From: an uncultured cyanobacterium
Lineage (GTDB): Bacteria > Cyanobacteriota > Cyanobacteriia > Cyanobacteriales > Microcystaceae
Reading direction: 5' to 3'
Assembly (NCBI GenBank): GCA_963807635.1
Contig: CAWEDJ010000028.1
Span: forward strand, 32,001-96,000
DNA: 64,000 bases
Each line of letters starts with the position of its first letter. The stretch's first letter is position 1. The notes beneath the pieces were generated by a model. The model was not told where the DNA came from and did no database searches. It saw only the letters and a list, made by a program, of their open reading frames with translations. A program made the position numbers and the translations under genes. Positions 11,049 to 22,607 of the stretch are shown here, one piece after another.

Positions 11049-11909
11049 ATGGCTAAATCTACCTTTGTGACTGTTTTTAATACCCTAGAATGCCGTCCTG
11101 ATAATTACCAAGGCTGGTATCAGCAGGCTAATGCCCTGTCAGATCAGGGGCGTTATCCCGAAGCATTGATGAGTTATGAGAGAGCTTTGGATTATTATCC
11201 CCAGGATTATTGGTCATGGTACAAACGAGGGGTGATTTTAGAGAATCTGGGACGACATGAGGCGGCGATCGCAAGTTATGACAATGCCCTAAAAATTGAT
11301 CCCCAAAACTATTGGGCTTGGTATGACCAGGGTTACGTTTACCTCGAAGGCTTAAAGCAATACGAACAGGCGATCGCGTGTTTTGAAAAAGCTCTGTTGA
11401 CTCTCCCGAATGATTACTGGGCGCATTACCGAATAGCAGAAGCCTATCGTCTTTGGGGGCGGTATTCCCAAGCTTTGAGGGCCTTTGATCAAACGTTGGC
11501 GGTTCGTCCCGATGATTATTGGGCAACCTACCGAAGGGCCGATTGTCTGCGCTACTGGGGACGCTTTGCCGATGCTCTTAGGAATTATCAGCAAGCCTTA
11601 TTAATAAAACCCAAGGATTATTGGTCGTGGTATCAACAGGGACAAATTTTCCAAACTATTGGTCGTTTTAATCAAGCGATCACCTGTTATCAAAAAGCCC
11701 TGGCGATCAATCCAGACGATGATTACGCTTGGTATGACCAGGCTCTTTGTCAGATGGCCGCAGGTCACTGGGAACTAGCGGTGGATTGTCTCGAAAAAGC
11801 GATCGCTCTCTTCCCCGATACCTATACGGATTTAGCGATGACGGAACCGCTCTTTGCTCCTCTCCAACAGTATCCTCGATTTAAGTTATTAATGACTGAA
11901 TATCTCTAA
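11049..11909 (+). CDS. Tetratricopeptide repeat protein
   Basis: About 8 TPRs with recurring DYW(A/S)WY. Confidence 0.9.
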   Translation: MAKSTFVTVFNTLECRPDNYQGWYQQANALSDQGRYPEALMSYERALDYYPQDYWSWYKRGVILENLGRHEAAIASYDNALKIDPQNYWAWYDQGYVYLEGLKQYEQAIACFEKALLTLPNDYWAHYRIAEAYRLWGRYSQALRAFDQTLAVRPDDYWATYRRADCLRYWGRFADALRNYQQALLIKPKDYWSWYQQGQIFQTIGRFNQAITCYQKALAINPDDDYAWYDQALCQMAAGHWELAVDCLEKAIALFPDTYTDLAMTEPLFAPLQQYPRFKLLMTEYL

Positions 11910-11964
11910 TTTTAAATAGCTTGTTGGATCAATTCTTCGATTACTCGGTTAAAGCCGCGATCGC

Positions 11965-12561
11965 CTATGGTTGAATCCTTTCTTTAACAATTTGATCAAT
12001 CTGTTGATAAAGAAAATCTAGACCACCAGAATTATCTAAGAGCACATCCGCCCTACTTATTTTTTCGGTAAGGGGTAATTGATTTTTAATACGGGCGATC
12101 GCATGTTCTTCTGTTAATTTATTGCGTTGCTGTAGGCGTTGAATTTGTTGGTCATAGTGACAAAAAACGACCCAGATTTCACTCACTAAATGGGTTAAAT
12201 TTGCTTCTATTAATAAAGGAATAGATAACACAATAATTTGGTTGTCTAGAGAATTAATCACCTCCTGAAAACGCTTTCTGACGTAGGGATGAATCTGAGC
12301 TTCTAGCCATATTTTTTCATCTGTATTATTAAAAATAATATCGCCTAACTTTGTTCTATTTAATGCCCGATTTTCTAATTGAATCTCTGATCCGTAACGT
12401 TGAATAATTTTTTCAAAAATAGGCGAATCAACTTCTACGGCTTCTTTGGCATAGATATCCGCATCTAAAATAGGGAAACCATAGCGATCGCTTAGATAAT
12501 TAGAAACCGTTGTTTTTCCTGTGGCAATTCCCCCCGTTAACCCAATTAGGCATTGATTCAT
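11965..12561 (-). CDS. coaE: Dephospho-CoA kinase
   Basis: IGLTGGIATGKTT, LDAD, IHPYV, IPLLIE. Confidence 0.95.
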   Translation of the reverse strand: MNQCLIGLTGGIATGKTTVSNYLSDRYGFPILDADIYAKEAVEVDSPIFEKIIQRYGSEIQLENRALNRTKLGDIIFNNTDEKIWLEAQIHPYVRKRFQEVINSLDNQIIVLSIPLLIEANLTHLVSEIWVVFCHYDQQIQRLQQRNKLTEEHAIARIKNQLPLTEKISRADVLLDNSGGLDFLYQQIDQIVKERIQP

Positions 12562-12577
12562 ATCACTCTGAAAAATC

Positions 12578-13551
12578 CTATAAATCAATCTCCACATTAA
12601 GGGCAGGATTATTTTCCCAGCGATCGGCAACGTGGGCATAAATCGCCGTCGTTCTAGGATCGGCATGACCTAACAGATCCTGAAGCTGTCGTAATTCTGC
12701 CCCTGATCGCAACGCCAAAGTCCCCGCCGTATGACGCAAACTATGGGTCGAAATCACTCGACCAGGCATATATTTTAACTCTGTTTCTATTAGATACCCA
12801 TCTACAATTAAACGAATCCCCCGTCGAGAAATGCGTTTTCCCTTGGCACGATTACCCACCGCAATAAATAAAGGAGTATCGGGCTTTAATTTTTCACCTT
12901 TTTCAGTGCGGACTGTTAAATAATTTAATAATAAATTGGCCAAATCAGTCGTTAGGGGAACAATCCGAATACTCCGCTTTCCTTCCACTCGAATACCGTA
13001 ATTACTGCCCTGTTTGATTAAATCTTTGATATTGGCACGGTGTAATTCTACCGTCCGAGGCCCCTATGGGCCATAATCGCAATTAATGCCTTATCCCTCA
13101 CAGATTTTAAGCTATTATCATCAGGAATCCCGGCGAGTAAAGATTCAACTTCATCTTTTTCTAGATAATTTATATTAGCCGTCGTATCTCGTTTAGACTT
13201 GGGTGGTTTAATGCCACTAGCAGGATTCAAACTAATTAATCCTCGTTCTAGGGCCGCTTGATAAAAACGTCGAACAACGGATAATTTGAGGGCAACAGTC
13301 GCAGGTTTGAGTTGACGGGAATCAATCAACCAGCGTCGATAGCGTTTAATTTGTTCTGCGGTAATTTGGGCGGGATGGATCGCTAAACTATTACACCAGA
13401 GAAGAAATTGTTGGAGTTGCCGACGATAGGTGATTAGGGTATCCGTGGCCGCATCTCCCGCACTCACATCGATCGCGAGAAAATCAGCAAAAACTGCTAG
13501 CAGATCATCTTGACTAACGCTCGCAATGGGAGAAGACGGCAACGGTAACAT
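12578..13551 (-). CDS. Tyrosine recombinase, XerC/D-like (frameshift ~13065)
   Basis: SAM-like N-domain; frame-corrected GPRTVELHR; HSLRHT, LLGH, TTAIYAH catalytic motifs. Confidence 0.88.
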
Positions 13552-13571
13552 AGGATGTACAAAAATAGAAT

Positions 13572-14943
13572 TTAACTACGACCAATGCCAATATAACGGA
13601 AACCAGCTTGCTCTAAAGTCCTTTGATCTAAGAAGTTACGACCATCAATCATCACAGGATTGACCATTAATTTGCTCATTTTGCCGTAATCTAACTTGAG
13701 AAATTCTTGCCATTCAGTGACGATCACGAGAGCATCACAGGCATCCGCCAAACGTTGAGGATCGGTTTCGATTAACACTCCCGATAATCCATGACTCAAA
13801 CCTGATGCGGAGACGATAGGATCATAGGCTTTGACCTTTGCCCCTAAGCGATTGAGTTGTTCAATGATGTTTAATGCAGGAGCGTCCCTCATGTCATCGG
13901 TGTCGGGCTTAAAGGTTAGTCCCAGAGAGGCCAATCACTTTTCCTTTGAGAATTTTAAGCTCGTGCTGTAATTTTTCAATAATAATAACCCGTTGACGAG
14001 TGTTGACATTTACTGCCGCATTGAGTAATTCGGTCGTATAACCATAATCGGCGGCCGTGTGAATCAAAGCAGATACATCCTTGGGAAAACAGGAACCGCC
14101 CCAACCAATGCCTGCTTGGAGAAATTTGTTGCCAATCCGAGAATCGAGTCCAATTCCCTTGGCAACCTGGGTGACATTTGCCCCGACGCGATCGCAAATA
14201 TTAGCGACTTCATTGATAAAACTAATTTTGGTTGCCAGGAAAGCATTGGCCGCGTACTTGATCATTTCGGCAGAACTGAGATCGGTTACCACCACAGGCA
14301 CAGGGGGAAGGCCGGAATCTTCCGAGAATTTCCGCTCCACAATGGGCTGATAAAGTTCTTGCATCATCGCGATCGCTTTTTCGCTATTTCCGCCCAAGAC
14401 AATGCGATCGGGATTAAAGGTATCATAAATCGCCGAGCCTTCTCGAAGAAACTCTGGGTTACTGATCACCTCAAAGTTAACATCACTGGCATTTCCCGTT
14501 GCCTCTTCAGACATTTGTCGTTCGGCCAAACCATCCAGAACAATTCTTCTTACCCAGTCTCCCGAACCAATGGGAACCGTTGACTTATTCACAATCACCC
14601 GAAATCCACTATCCAGATGCGCTCCAATCCCGCGCGCAACGGCTTCCACATAACGGGTATCGCTTTCTCCTGTGGGTAAAGGAGGGGTTCCCACTGCGAC
14701 AAATAAAATTTCACCGTGCTTGACTCCTAACCCTAAATCTGCCGTAAACTCTAACCGTCCTGCTTCGGTTGCAGATTGCATCAGTTCCGATAGGCCAGGC
14801 TCATAAATCGGAGATTGCCCCGACTTCATCAGCTTAACTTTTTCCTCATTATTGTCCACACAGATCACTTGATGGCCAATGTGAGCCAAACATACTCCCG
14901 TCACCAAACCAACGTAACCCGTTCCAATAACACAAACGCGCAT
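13572..14943 (-). CDS. ugd: UDP-glucose 6-dehydrogenase (frameshift ~13926)
   Basis: GTGYVG, SNPEFLREG, GWGGSCFPKD, then LGLTFKPDTDDMRD in the next frame. Confidence 0.93.
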
Positions 14944-15027
14944 TTAGTTGTCTCCTTTAATTTGAGTCGTTTTGAAAAATCATCCTGTCAGTCATGACTG
15001 ATTAGCGACATGAAACTAACCTAGATA

Positions 15028-15959
15028 TTAAACCCGATCAACGCGAGATTTAAAATCTTTAATGGTCATCTCCAATCCTTCCTTGAGGGGAATCGTTGGC
15101 TCCCAATTTAAATACGTCTGGGCGCGGGTAATATCGGGTTGACGCTGTTTGGGGTCATCTTCGGGTAGGGGTTTATAAATTAACTCTGTATCGGGATTAA
15201 TCATGCCTTGAATAATTTGGGCAAGCTCTAGAATGGTGTATTCTCGAGGATTTCCCAGATCGACAGGGCCAATAAAATCGCCATTCATTAACCGCATTAA
15301 TCCTTCTACCAGATCAGACACATAACAAAAACTGCGAGTTTGGGAACCATCACCATAAACCGTCAAGGGTGTCCCTTTAATCGACTGAACAATTAAGTTA
15401 CTAACCACTCGACCATCTTGTTCCTGCATCCGTGGCCCATAGGTGTTAAAAATTCGTGCGACTCGAATATCAACTTTATGTTCACGGTAATATTCAAAGG
15501 CTAGGGTTTCTGCCACACGCTTCCCTTCGTCGTAACATGATCGGGGGCCGATGCAGTTGACGTTGCCGCGATATTCTTCACTTTGAGGGTGAACATCAGG
15601 ATCGCCATAGACTTCTGAAGTAGATGCCAATAGAAACCTCGCTTTTACCCGTTTAGCAAGACCCAGCATATTCAACGTCCCCATTACGTTGGTTTTAATG
15701 GTTTTAACGGGATTGAACTGGTAATGGACGGGAGAAGCAGGACAGGCGAGATGATAGACCTGATCAACTTCTAGCCGAATGGGTTCGGTAACATCATGGC
15801 GAATGAGTTCAAATTTAGGATTATCCAGCCATTGAAGAATATTTTGTTTACTACCTGTATAAAAATTATCTAAACAAAGAACTTCGTGGCCCGGTTCATC
15901 AGCCGATCAATGAGGTGGGAACCAATAAAGCCTGCACCACCTGTCACTAAAATTTTCAT
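15028..15959 (-). CDS. UDP-glucuronate decarboxylase family SDR (frameshift ~15890)
   Basis: [21 protein letters not shown] from 15959; [24 protein letters not shown]. Confidence 0.9.
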
Positions 15960-16075
15960 TGTTGAAGAATTTTTCTTAAATGATTATTGAGTATATACCC
16001 CTAAAATACCCCAAGTTTGGATTGCTCGATAATTTTTTTGTCTTGATTTTTCGGAAAATATCCACAAGGGACATC

Positions 16076-17263
16076 TTAATAGGCTCTACCCCGCCATTGC
16101 TTTGGTTTTTGAGTTGCAGATAACACAATCCTGAAAACAGCCAGGGGATCGGCAAAAGGAGAGAGGAAGAAAAATAGGGATTTAATTGACGCTTTGGGAC
16201 GGTAATACGAGGGATAGACCGCTAATAGTAGGGCAAAACGGATGAATAGTAAAACAATATTCAAAGCGATCGCCCATCTTATCATCAAGAAATCGTAACC
16301 TGAGAATAGACTAATACTCAAAATTCCCAGGAAGAATAACGGCAACCCCTGAACGAGCGTTAATAAGGCCACATCTCCCCAGAGTTGAGCCACCGAGGAG
16401 GCATCTTTGAGATCCAGCGATCGCCCCCATTCCCGCCAGGTTTCTTGAAAACCCTCATACATTCTGACTCGAATTACCTTAGAGCCGTCGAAAAAGCCGA
16501 CTTTATAACCCTGTTGGGCGGCATAACGGGCGAGAGTGACATCATCACAAAAAGAACTAGCCGCGATTTTGTAACCCTCTATTTTTTCTAAAACCGTCCG
16601 ACGACAGAGAAAACATTGACCGTTGGCCATTACTCTTTCAGGGGATTGATTACGGACTCCTGCTGAATCAAAACGATACAACAGGGTCATTAATAGGGCG
16701 GGTTGTAGCCACCATTCCCCCGCAGATTCCAGAATAAATTGGGGAGCTAGGGACAATAAATCATACCCTTCTGCTTGGGCAGCTTTGACCATACTGGGAA
16801 CTAATCCTTTTTGGGGTTGGGTGTCGGCATCAATCCCTAGAAACCATTCACTTTCGGGGGAACTTTGGTAAAAACCGTAATTTAAAGCCCAGGGTCTGCC
16901 CACCCATCCCTTTGGCAACGGATCATCCGTTAGTAACTGAAAACGGTGATCTATTTCGGAGATCGCCTTAACTTTTTCCCTAGTCCCGTCCTGGGATTGA
17001 CTATCAACAATGAGAATTTCTCGAACTTCTGAGGTTTGTTGATGGAGTCCCGCCAAACAGGGGCCAATGCGATCGACTTCATTGAGGGTCGGAACCACCA
17101 CCGTGACCTTACCAACCATTTCAGGGGTAACTTTTTCAGGCAAAAGGGGAGGCCGACGAACGGCCCCTTTGCATAAACGAGAAAATAGGATTAGGGTGGC
17201 ACTACCTTGAAATAATAGGATCAAGATAGAAAATAAACCAATTAGCGGAGATAAGTCACTCAC
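16076..17263 (-). CDS. cruG: Carotenoid 2'-O-glycosyltransferase (GT2)
   Basis: GT2 motifs (VDSQSQDGT, DAD, ANGQCF, WRGRAY), directly downstream of cruF. Confidence 0.88.
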   Translation of the reverse strand: MSDLSPLIGLFSILILLFQGSATLILFSRLCKGAVRRPPLLPEKVTPEMVGKVTVVVPTLNEVDRIGPCLAGLHQQTSEVREILIVDSQSQDGTREKVKAISEIDHRFQLLTDDPLPKGWVGRPWALNYGFYQSSPESEWFLGIDADTQPQKGLVPSMVKAAQAEGYDLLSLAPQFILESAGEWWLQPALLMTLLYRFDSAGVRNQSPERVMANGQCFLCRRTVLEKIEGYKIAASSFCDDVTLARYAAQQGYKVGFFDGSKVIRVRMYEGFQETWREWGRSLDLKDASSVAQLWGDVALLTLVQGLPLFFLGILSISLFSGYDFLMIRWAIALNIVLLFIRFALLLAVYPSYYRPKASIKSLFFFLSPFADPLAVFRIVLSATQKPKQWRGRAY

Positions 17264-17269
17264 AATTGC

Positions 17270-18181
17270 CTATTTAACCGCCGCTAAATCTGTTTTATCC
17301 CTTTCAATCACGCCTTTAAGTCTTTCAACTGCAATAGAGCGAGATTCGGATAAGGACATCCGATAAAAAATATAGGCGGGAAGCACCCCTAAAATTAAAC
17401 CTAAGAAAATGGGGGGATAAATGCCTGCTCCCAAGCTCATAATGGTGGCAAAGCCAAAGTTACTCAGATAAATCGCAAAGGGAACGCCAGGCTGTTCTTC
17501 GGGCAAGTTAAGGGGCTTTAGTCGCCAAATCAGGGTCGCAACAGTCATAAAGACGGCTCCTGTGCCGAACCAACCCGCAAAATTTTGGTAGGGCATCCCA
17601 AAGAAGGCACCAGGTTGATCCCAGACCCAAAAGGGCATCGTGGTCTGACTCATGGCAGGATCAAGTACAAAATCCCAGGACATTAATATTAAGGAACCAA
17701 AGGCGATCGCGCCCAATTCCTGTCCCCAGACGGGCAAAGATTTTTTCGCTAAACCCATGCGAACGATGAGATAGGCACTAAAACCGAGATAAAACCAAGA
17801 TAGGGGGATGGTAAACGGGACTAAACCTGAAATTTTGTAACCCAATCCCGATAAATAGCGATAATCTCCAAAGGGAAAACCCGTACTGGTTCCCAATAAT
17901 TCGCTGGACAATGAAAGGGCGATCGCAGGAATCATAAATCCCAACCAATGCCAAATTCCCAAAGTTCGATAGGCGTAGAGCGCGACGGTTGCCGTACCGA
18001 GTAACATATACATCACACCACCGCCCGCCATTGACCAGGCAAAGACCGTTTTGCCAAATTCGGGTAAATTCGCAATAAAATCGGCATTAGGAAGAACGAT
18101 TAGTAGACCTGCTAATCCGAAAGCCATCGACGCAATGTGGCCAATCAGCAGAGAACGTTCCATAGATATGAGTTTATTCAT
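17270..18181 (-). CDS. cruF: Gamma-carotene 1'-hydroxylase
   Basis: ELLGTSTGFPFG.Y.Y, VPFTIPLSW, WDFVLDPAM, GMPYQNFAGW. Confidence 0.9.
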   Translation of the reverse strand: MNKLISMERSLLIGHIASMAFGLAGLLIVLPNADFIANLPEFGKTVFAWSMAGGGVMYMLLGTATVALYAYRTLGIWHWLGFMIPAIALSLSSELLGTSTGFPFGDYRYLSGLGYKISGLVPFTIPLSWFYLGFSAYLIVRMGLAKKSLPVWGQELGAIAFGSLILMSWDFVLDPAMSQTTMPFWVWDQPGAFFGMPYQNFAGWFGTGAVFMTVATLIWRLKPLNLPEEQPGVPFAIYLSNFGFATIMSLGAGIYPPIFLGLILGVLPAYIFYRMSLSESRSIAVERLKGVIERDKTDLAAVK

Positions 18182-18223
18182 TAAGTTCTGAGTAGAAGTA
18201 AAAATTATTTGACTAACTTATAG

Positions 18224-18241
18224 TTTACAAATCTTTACGAA
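18224..18241. promoter_or_regulatory. HLR1-like (RpaB) site upstream of cruF
   Basis: TTTACAAA-TC-TTTACGAA, one mismatch to (G/T)TTACA(T/A)(T/A)-N2 repeat. Confidence 0.5.
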
Positions 18242-18338
18242 AAAAAATAAGAAAATTAAAAACGTGCCGAGGGAAAACGTACCATAGGGTAGAAATAACG
18301 GCTAAGATAGGGGCATCAGCCATACCTCCCAGAAGATT

Positions 18339-19562
18339 ATGACTTTGTCAACAGACCATTCTGGCGTTCTCATCCGTCCAGTCCAGTATCGGGACTTAGA
18401 AAGTATTGACAGCTTAACATCAAATTCTCTAAAAGCTGAACTAGGCAATACTGAATTTAGTCTGACCGAGCAATTGCAGCAGGCCCGTTCTTGGTATGGA
18501 TTATTGAAATTTTTAAGTTATTTTCCCAATCCCTTTCAGCACCTCTTTTCAGGTTATGTGGCAGAAAGGACAGAATCGGGTCAAATTGGTGGTTTTGTAC
18601 AGGTTTCTCCTTTTAATAGTAGTCGTAGCACCTGGCGAGTTGAGCGGATTGTAGTCGAAGAACTCGCGATTCAGCCTGATTTGGTAACTGACCCTAAAGG
18701 AATTGGTTCTCAGTTGTTGCGTTTTTGTTTTGAAAGAATTTGGGAAGCCCGCACCTGGTTATTAGAAATTAATATCCACGAAAAAAATCTGCTGGCCCTC
18801 TATCGGCAAAATGGCTTCCAACCCCTGGCCCAAATGACCTATTGGTCGCTCCCTCCCGAATTATTAGCCCAATTGGCAGAAAATGACCCTGATTTACCAA
18901 ATCTCCTGCCCGTTAGTCATGCCGATGCCCAATTGCTTTATCAACTCGATTGCGTCTCTATGCCTCCTTTGATGCGTCAGGTTTTTGATCGTCACACTCA
19001 GGATTTTAAATCTCGTTTTCTGATGGGTTTAATCAATAAAATTCAGCACTGGTGGTTGAAACGGGGTGTTGTCAGTGGTTATGTTTTTGAACCCCAACGG
19101 AAAGCCGCGATCGCCTATTTCGAATTAATTTTGTCGAAAGATGGTTCCCGTCCCCATCAAGCAGAACTCACGGTTCATCCCGCCTATACCTGGCTTTATC
19201 CCAAACTGTTATTCCAAATGTCGAGATTAGTTCAGGGACTTCCGATTCAATCTTTAGAACTGCTTTCAGCCGATTATCAACACGAACGGGAAGAATATCT
19301 AGATCAATTAGGGGCCGAGCGGGTTGAGCATACGTTATTAATGTCTCGTTCTGTCTGGCATAAATTGAAGGAAACCAAGCTGGAAAGACTGCAACTCTCG
19401 GAAATGTTACAAGGTCTGCAACCCGTTCCCAGAACGCCCATTCCGAGCCGCATTTCCTGGTTAAAAGTGTCGGATTCGGTTGAAGCTGTGCCTAAAAGTA
19501 GCAATGGCGATAAAAATCTCGACCAAACGCCTGATTTACCCGAAAAAGGACACCAAACTTAA
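18339..19562 (+). CDS. GNAT family N-acetyltransferase
   Basis: IRPVQYRDL, GIGSQLL, ALYRQNGFQ. Confidence 0.85.
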   Translation: MTLSTDHSGVLIRPVQYRDLESIDSLTSNSLKAELGNTEFSLTEQLQQARSWYGLLKFLSYFPNPFQHLFSGYVAERTESGQIGGFVQVSPFNSSRSTWRVERIVVEELAIQPDLVTDPKGIGSQLLRFCFERIWEARTWLLEINIHEKNLLALYRQNGFQPLAQMTYWSLPPELLAQLAENDPDLPNLLPVSHADAQLLYQLDCVSMPPLMRQVFDRHTQDFKSRFLMGLINKIQHWWLKRGVVSGYVFEPQRKAAIAYFELILSKDGSRPHQAELTVHPAYTWLYPKLLFQMSRLVQGLPIQSLELLSADYQHEREEYLDQLGAERVEHTLLMSRSVWHKLKETKLERLQLSEMLQGLQPVPRTPIPSRISWLKVSDSVEAVPKSSNGDKNLDQTPDLPEKGHQT

Positions 19563-19609
19563 AAATAATTAATAATTGACAATGGATAGTTGATAATTTA
19601 CGAATTTTT

Positions 19610-20041
19610 ATGGAACGAGTGGCGGCGTTAGGTTTGGACGTGGGAAAAAAAAGAATTGGTGTAGCGGGTTGTGATGGCACGGGTCTAATTGCAACAGGAT
19701 TGACGACGATTGAAAGAACAACGTTTGAGGCAGATATTCAGCAGTTAAAAAATCTGATTGAGGAGCGACAGGTAGAAATTTTAGTGATTGGTTTTCCCTA
19801 CTCGATGGATGGCAGTATTGGTTTTCAGGCAAAGCACGTCCAGAAATTCAGTCGTCGTCTTGAAAAGATTTTACAGTTGCCCATTGAGTTTATGGATGAG
19901 CGATTATCTTCGGTAGAAGCAGAAATCCAATTGAAGGAACAAAAACGTTTTTCTAGCTATAACAAGGGATTAATTGATCAGCAAGCGGCGGAAATTATTT
20001 TACAACAATGGTTAGACCAGCGACGTTTTAATTCAATTTAA
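19610..20041 (+). CDS. ruvX: YqgF/RuvX RNase H-fold nuclease
   Basis: LGLDVGKKRIGVA, DERLSS, IDQQAAEIILQ. Confidence 0.93.
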   Translation: MERVAALGLDVGKKRIGVAGCDGTGLIATGLTTIERTTFEADIQQLKNLIEERQVEILVIGFPYSMDGSIGFQAKHVQKFSRRLEKILQLPIEFMDERLSSVEAEIQLKEQKRFSSYNKGLIDQQAAEIILQQWLDQRRFNSI

Positions 20042-20071
20042 GCAATCCTTTCTCTAGTCAATCAATCGATT

Positions 20072-21169
20072 TTAAACGTAAGACATCAAAAGATTAATGA
20101 CAGCATAAATAGAGGCTAAAGAAGCCGTTTCTTCTGTGGTGTGATAACCCGTTGTCGGAATTTGTAGGGTTGTTCCATTAATATTTCCATCAGTAGCCAC
20201 TACTAAACGACCTAATTCTGTTCTACCCAGGGAAAGTGGTTTACTCCGTTCCCGATTTCGTGCTTCAATATAGACATCTTTAAAACTGTAAGTAATGCCT
20301 AATTTTAAACATTTTTGAACAATTTCTTCGGTAATTTCTGTTGCAAATAATCCACTGGCATCTTTGTGACGCAGAACAATATGTTGGGCATCTGCCGCTT
20401 CTCGCGTTGGGTAAGGACTAGTATCTAGGACGATTAAACGTTGTGTGCTGAGATTATGACGCAAAAACCAAGCCAGAGCATACCGCCAACTTCGTCCCGC
20501 TTCTTCTTGGGCCGTAAAAAGAGCCGTTCCTTGAAAGCCACAACGAAAAAGATAAACGATAATTGCCGCACTTAATACGTTATCCAATTGGGCAGAAGCG
20601 TAACCATCGTTAATTTTTAATCTATCTAAAAAAGAAACGGGTGTACCAGGTTGCAAAAAATCTAAGCCATTCAATTCAAAAATGAGATTTTTTCGGGCGG
20701 GACAGATATAGGAATTGGTAATTACGCCTTGTCCTAAATAAGTTCCTGTATAGGGTAAATGAGCTTGGACACGCTGGCCTTGAAAGCGATTATCGATGGT
20801 GTACATCATTTGTTCGGATACGGAATCACCCGTTAATTCGCTTTGGTTGCTGGCGATAAATGCTGCATACTGAAATTCATTAGCTCCTGTACATAAAAGT
20901 CCATGACGGTCAATATGGGCTGATAAAACGAGACTTTCGGGTTCTTTTCCTTGGGCAACTAAAATTCCTTGATAATATTGCACATTAACACCAACTTCCT
21001 CTAATTCTCGTTTCAGCGATTGAAAAAAAGCATCTTCACAGCCGACAACGGACGGTTCACGAATCAAGTCGTGTAAAATATTGATAAAATCCCTTAATTC
21101 GACGGAAAGATCGACGCTTTTACCGTTCTCTTCAGCCATTTTTTCTGTCGTTAAGTCTAATTTGCTCAT
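20072..21169 (-). CDS. M42-like metallopeptidase
   Basis: PSVVGCE, SAHIDR, QLDN, QEEAG, GYHT metal-ligand motifs. Confidence 0.8.
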   Translation of the reverse strand: MSKLDLTTEKMAEENGKSVDLSVELRDFINILHDLIREPSVVGCEDAFFQSLKRELEEVGVNVQYYQGILVAQGKEPESLVLSAHIDRHGLLCTGANEFQYAAFIASNQSELTGDSVSEQMMYTIDNRFQGQRVQAHLPYTGTYLGQGVITNSYICPARKNLIFELNGLDFLQPGTPVSFLDRLKINDGYASAQLDNVLSAAIIVYLFRCGFQGTALFTAQEEAGRSWRYALAWFLRHNLSTQRLIVLDTSPYPTREAADAQHIVLRHKDASGLFATEITEEIVQKCLKLGITYSFKDVYIEARNRERSKPLSLGRTELGRLVVATDGNINGTTLQIPTTGYHTTEETASLASIYAVINLLMSYV

Positions 21170-21683
21170 TTTAATCTCTCGTCTTCCTAACAAAGACAAT
21201 TATTAATTGTTTTTTTAAACAATACAACCAATGTCAGATACACTGTCGTTAATTTTGATACCATTACAAAATTTTTCTTAGAGAGATTTTCTATTATTTT
21301 TTGATTATTTATCTAACATTTCAGCAATCATTAAACTGTTAATTATTTAAAATATATACAGGTAAGGGGTTTAAGCTCCTTTTTACAAGACTTTTAAGAA
21401 AACCATTGCACAATCTAAATTTTTGACAGCTTAGGATTAATTTTTATTCCAAAATTTAACCATTTACTATTCAAAAAAACTGAATTGACTAAATTTATAA
21501 CCATAACTCACCCATTAATCACTTGTTCAACCTTCGTAATTTTCTATGATTTTGGATTTGAGTTTCAATAAGGTAAGCATAGTAATAATCTAGTCGCACT
21601 TTTTTTAGGAATCAATTAATAATTCAAACGGTTTTAAAATTTATGTTATTCTAGCTGATACGGTTAGTCGAAGGAGTCCAGCG

Positions 21684-22427
21684 ATGACAACTACTCTACC
21701 TTTAATTATTTCAGATACTGACTATCCTGATAGTGACGGTTCGCCGATGGCAGAAAGTGATGTGGCTCGTAATTATTTGGTCTATGGGGTGGAGGCTCTG
21801 AATTTTTATTTTCGGGATCAACCCCAGGTTTACGTTTCGGGTAATTTGTTTATTTATTACGAAAAAGGTAACCCGAAAGCGGTTATTTCTCCCGATGTCT
21901 TTGTCATTTTTGGGGTTACAAAAAAGGAAAGACGTTCCTACAAAGTCTGGGAAGAAGATAATAAAGTTCCTGCTTTTGTATTAGAAATTACCTCAAAAAG
22001 CACTGTTAGCGAAGATCAGGGTACAAAATGGGGACTCTATGCTTATCTGGGGGTAAGGGAATATTTTCAGTATGATCCTACTGCGGATTATCTCAAACCT
22101 GCGCTTCAGGGTTATCGTTTAGTGGGGAAGAGTTATGAAGCAATTTCTGCTCGTAGTACATCACAAAAATCTATTTTATTTTCAGAAGTATTAGGGTTAG
22201 AGTTACATCTCGAAAATGGAGAAATGCGTTTTTATAATCCTCGCTCTGGGGAAACTTTATTAACACCTCTCGAATTAGCCGATCGCGATCGCCTTTCTCA
22301 GCAAGCTTTAGAGGAATCAGAAAAAATCAGATTAGCAACGGAAGAGGCTCTTTCTATTGCTGAACAACGTAATCGCCAACTCAGGGAAAAGTTAATGGCA
22401 TTGGGAATTGATCCAGACTCTCCTTAA
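21684..22427 (+). CDS. Uma2 family endonuclease
   Basis: YPDSDGSPMAES, SPDVFV, LEITSKST, LGVREYF. Confidence 0.92.
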   Translation: MTTTLPLIISDTDYPDSDGSPMAESDVARNYLVYGVEALNFYFRDQPQVYVSGNLFIYYEKGNPKAVISPDVFVIFGVTKKERRSYKVWEEDNKVPAFVLEITSKSTVSEDQGTKWGLYAYLGVREYFQYDPTADYLKPALQGYRLVGKSYEAISARSTSQKSILFSEVLGLELHLENGEMRFYNPRSGETLLTPLELADRDRLSQQALEESEKIRLATEEALSIAEQRNRQLREKLMALGIDPDSP

Positions 22428-22607
22428 TGTTCTAGCTTCGATAATTTTGCCATTTTCTAGGAAATCAATCGAATTTTTGGGACGATCGCATTCCCAATCA
22501 GCCTGATCTAGAAGAATTTGATTTAATGATAGGCTTAGTAAAGGAAAACTTGAGCCTAGAAAAGCTTAGTTATTTCCATCACAATTCAAGGACAAAAGGA
22601 AAAAACA

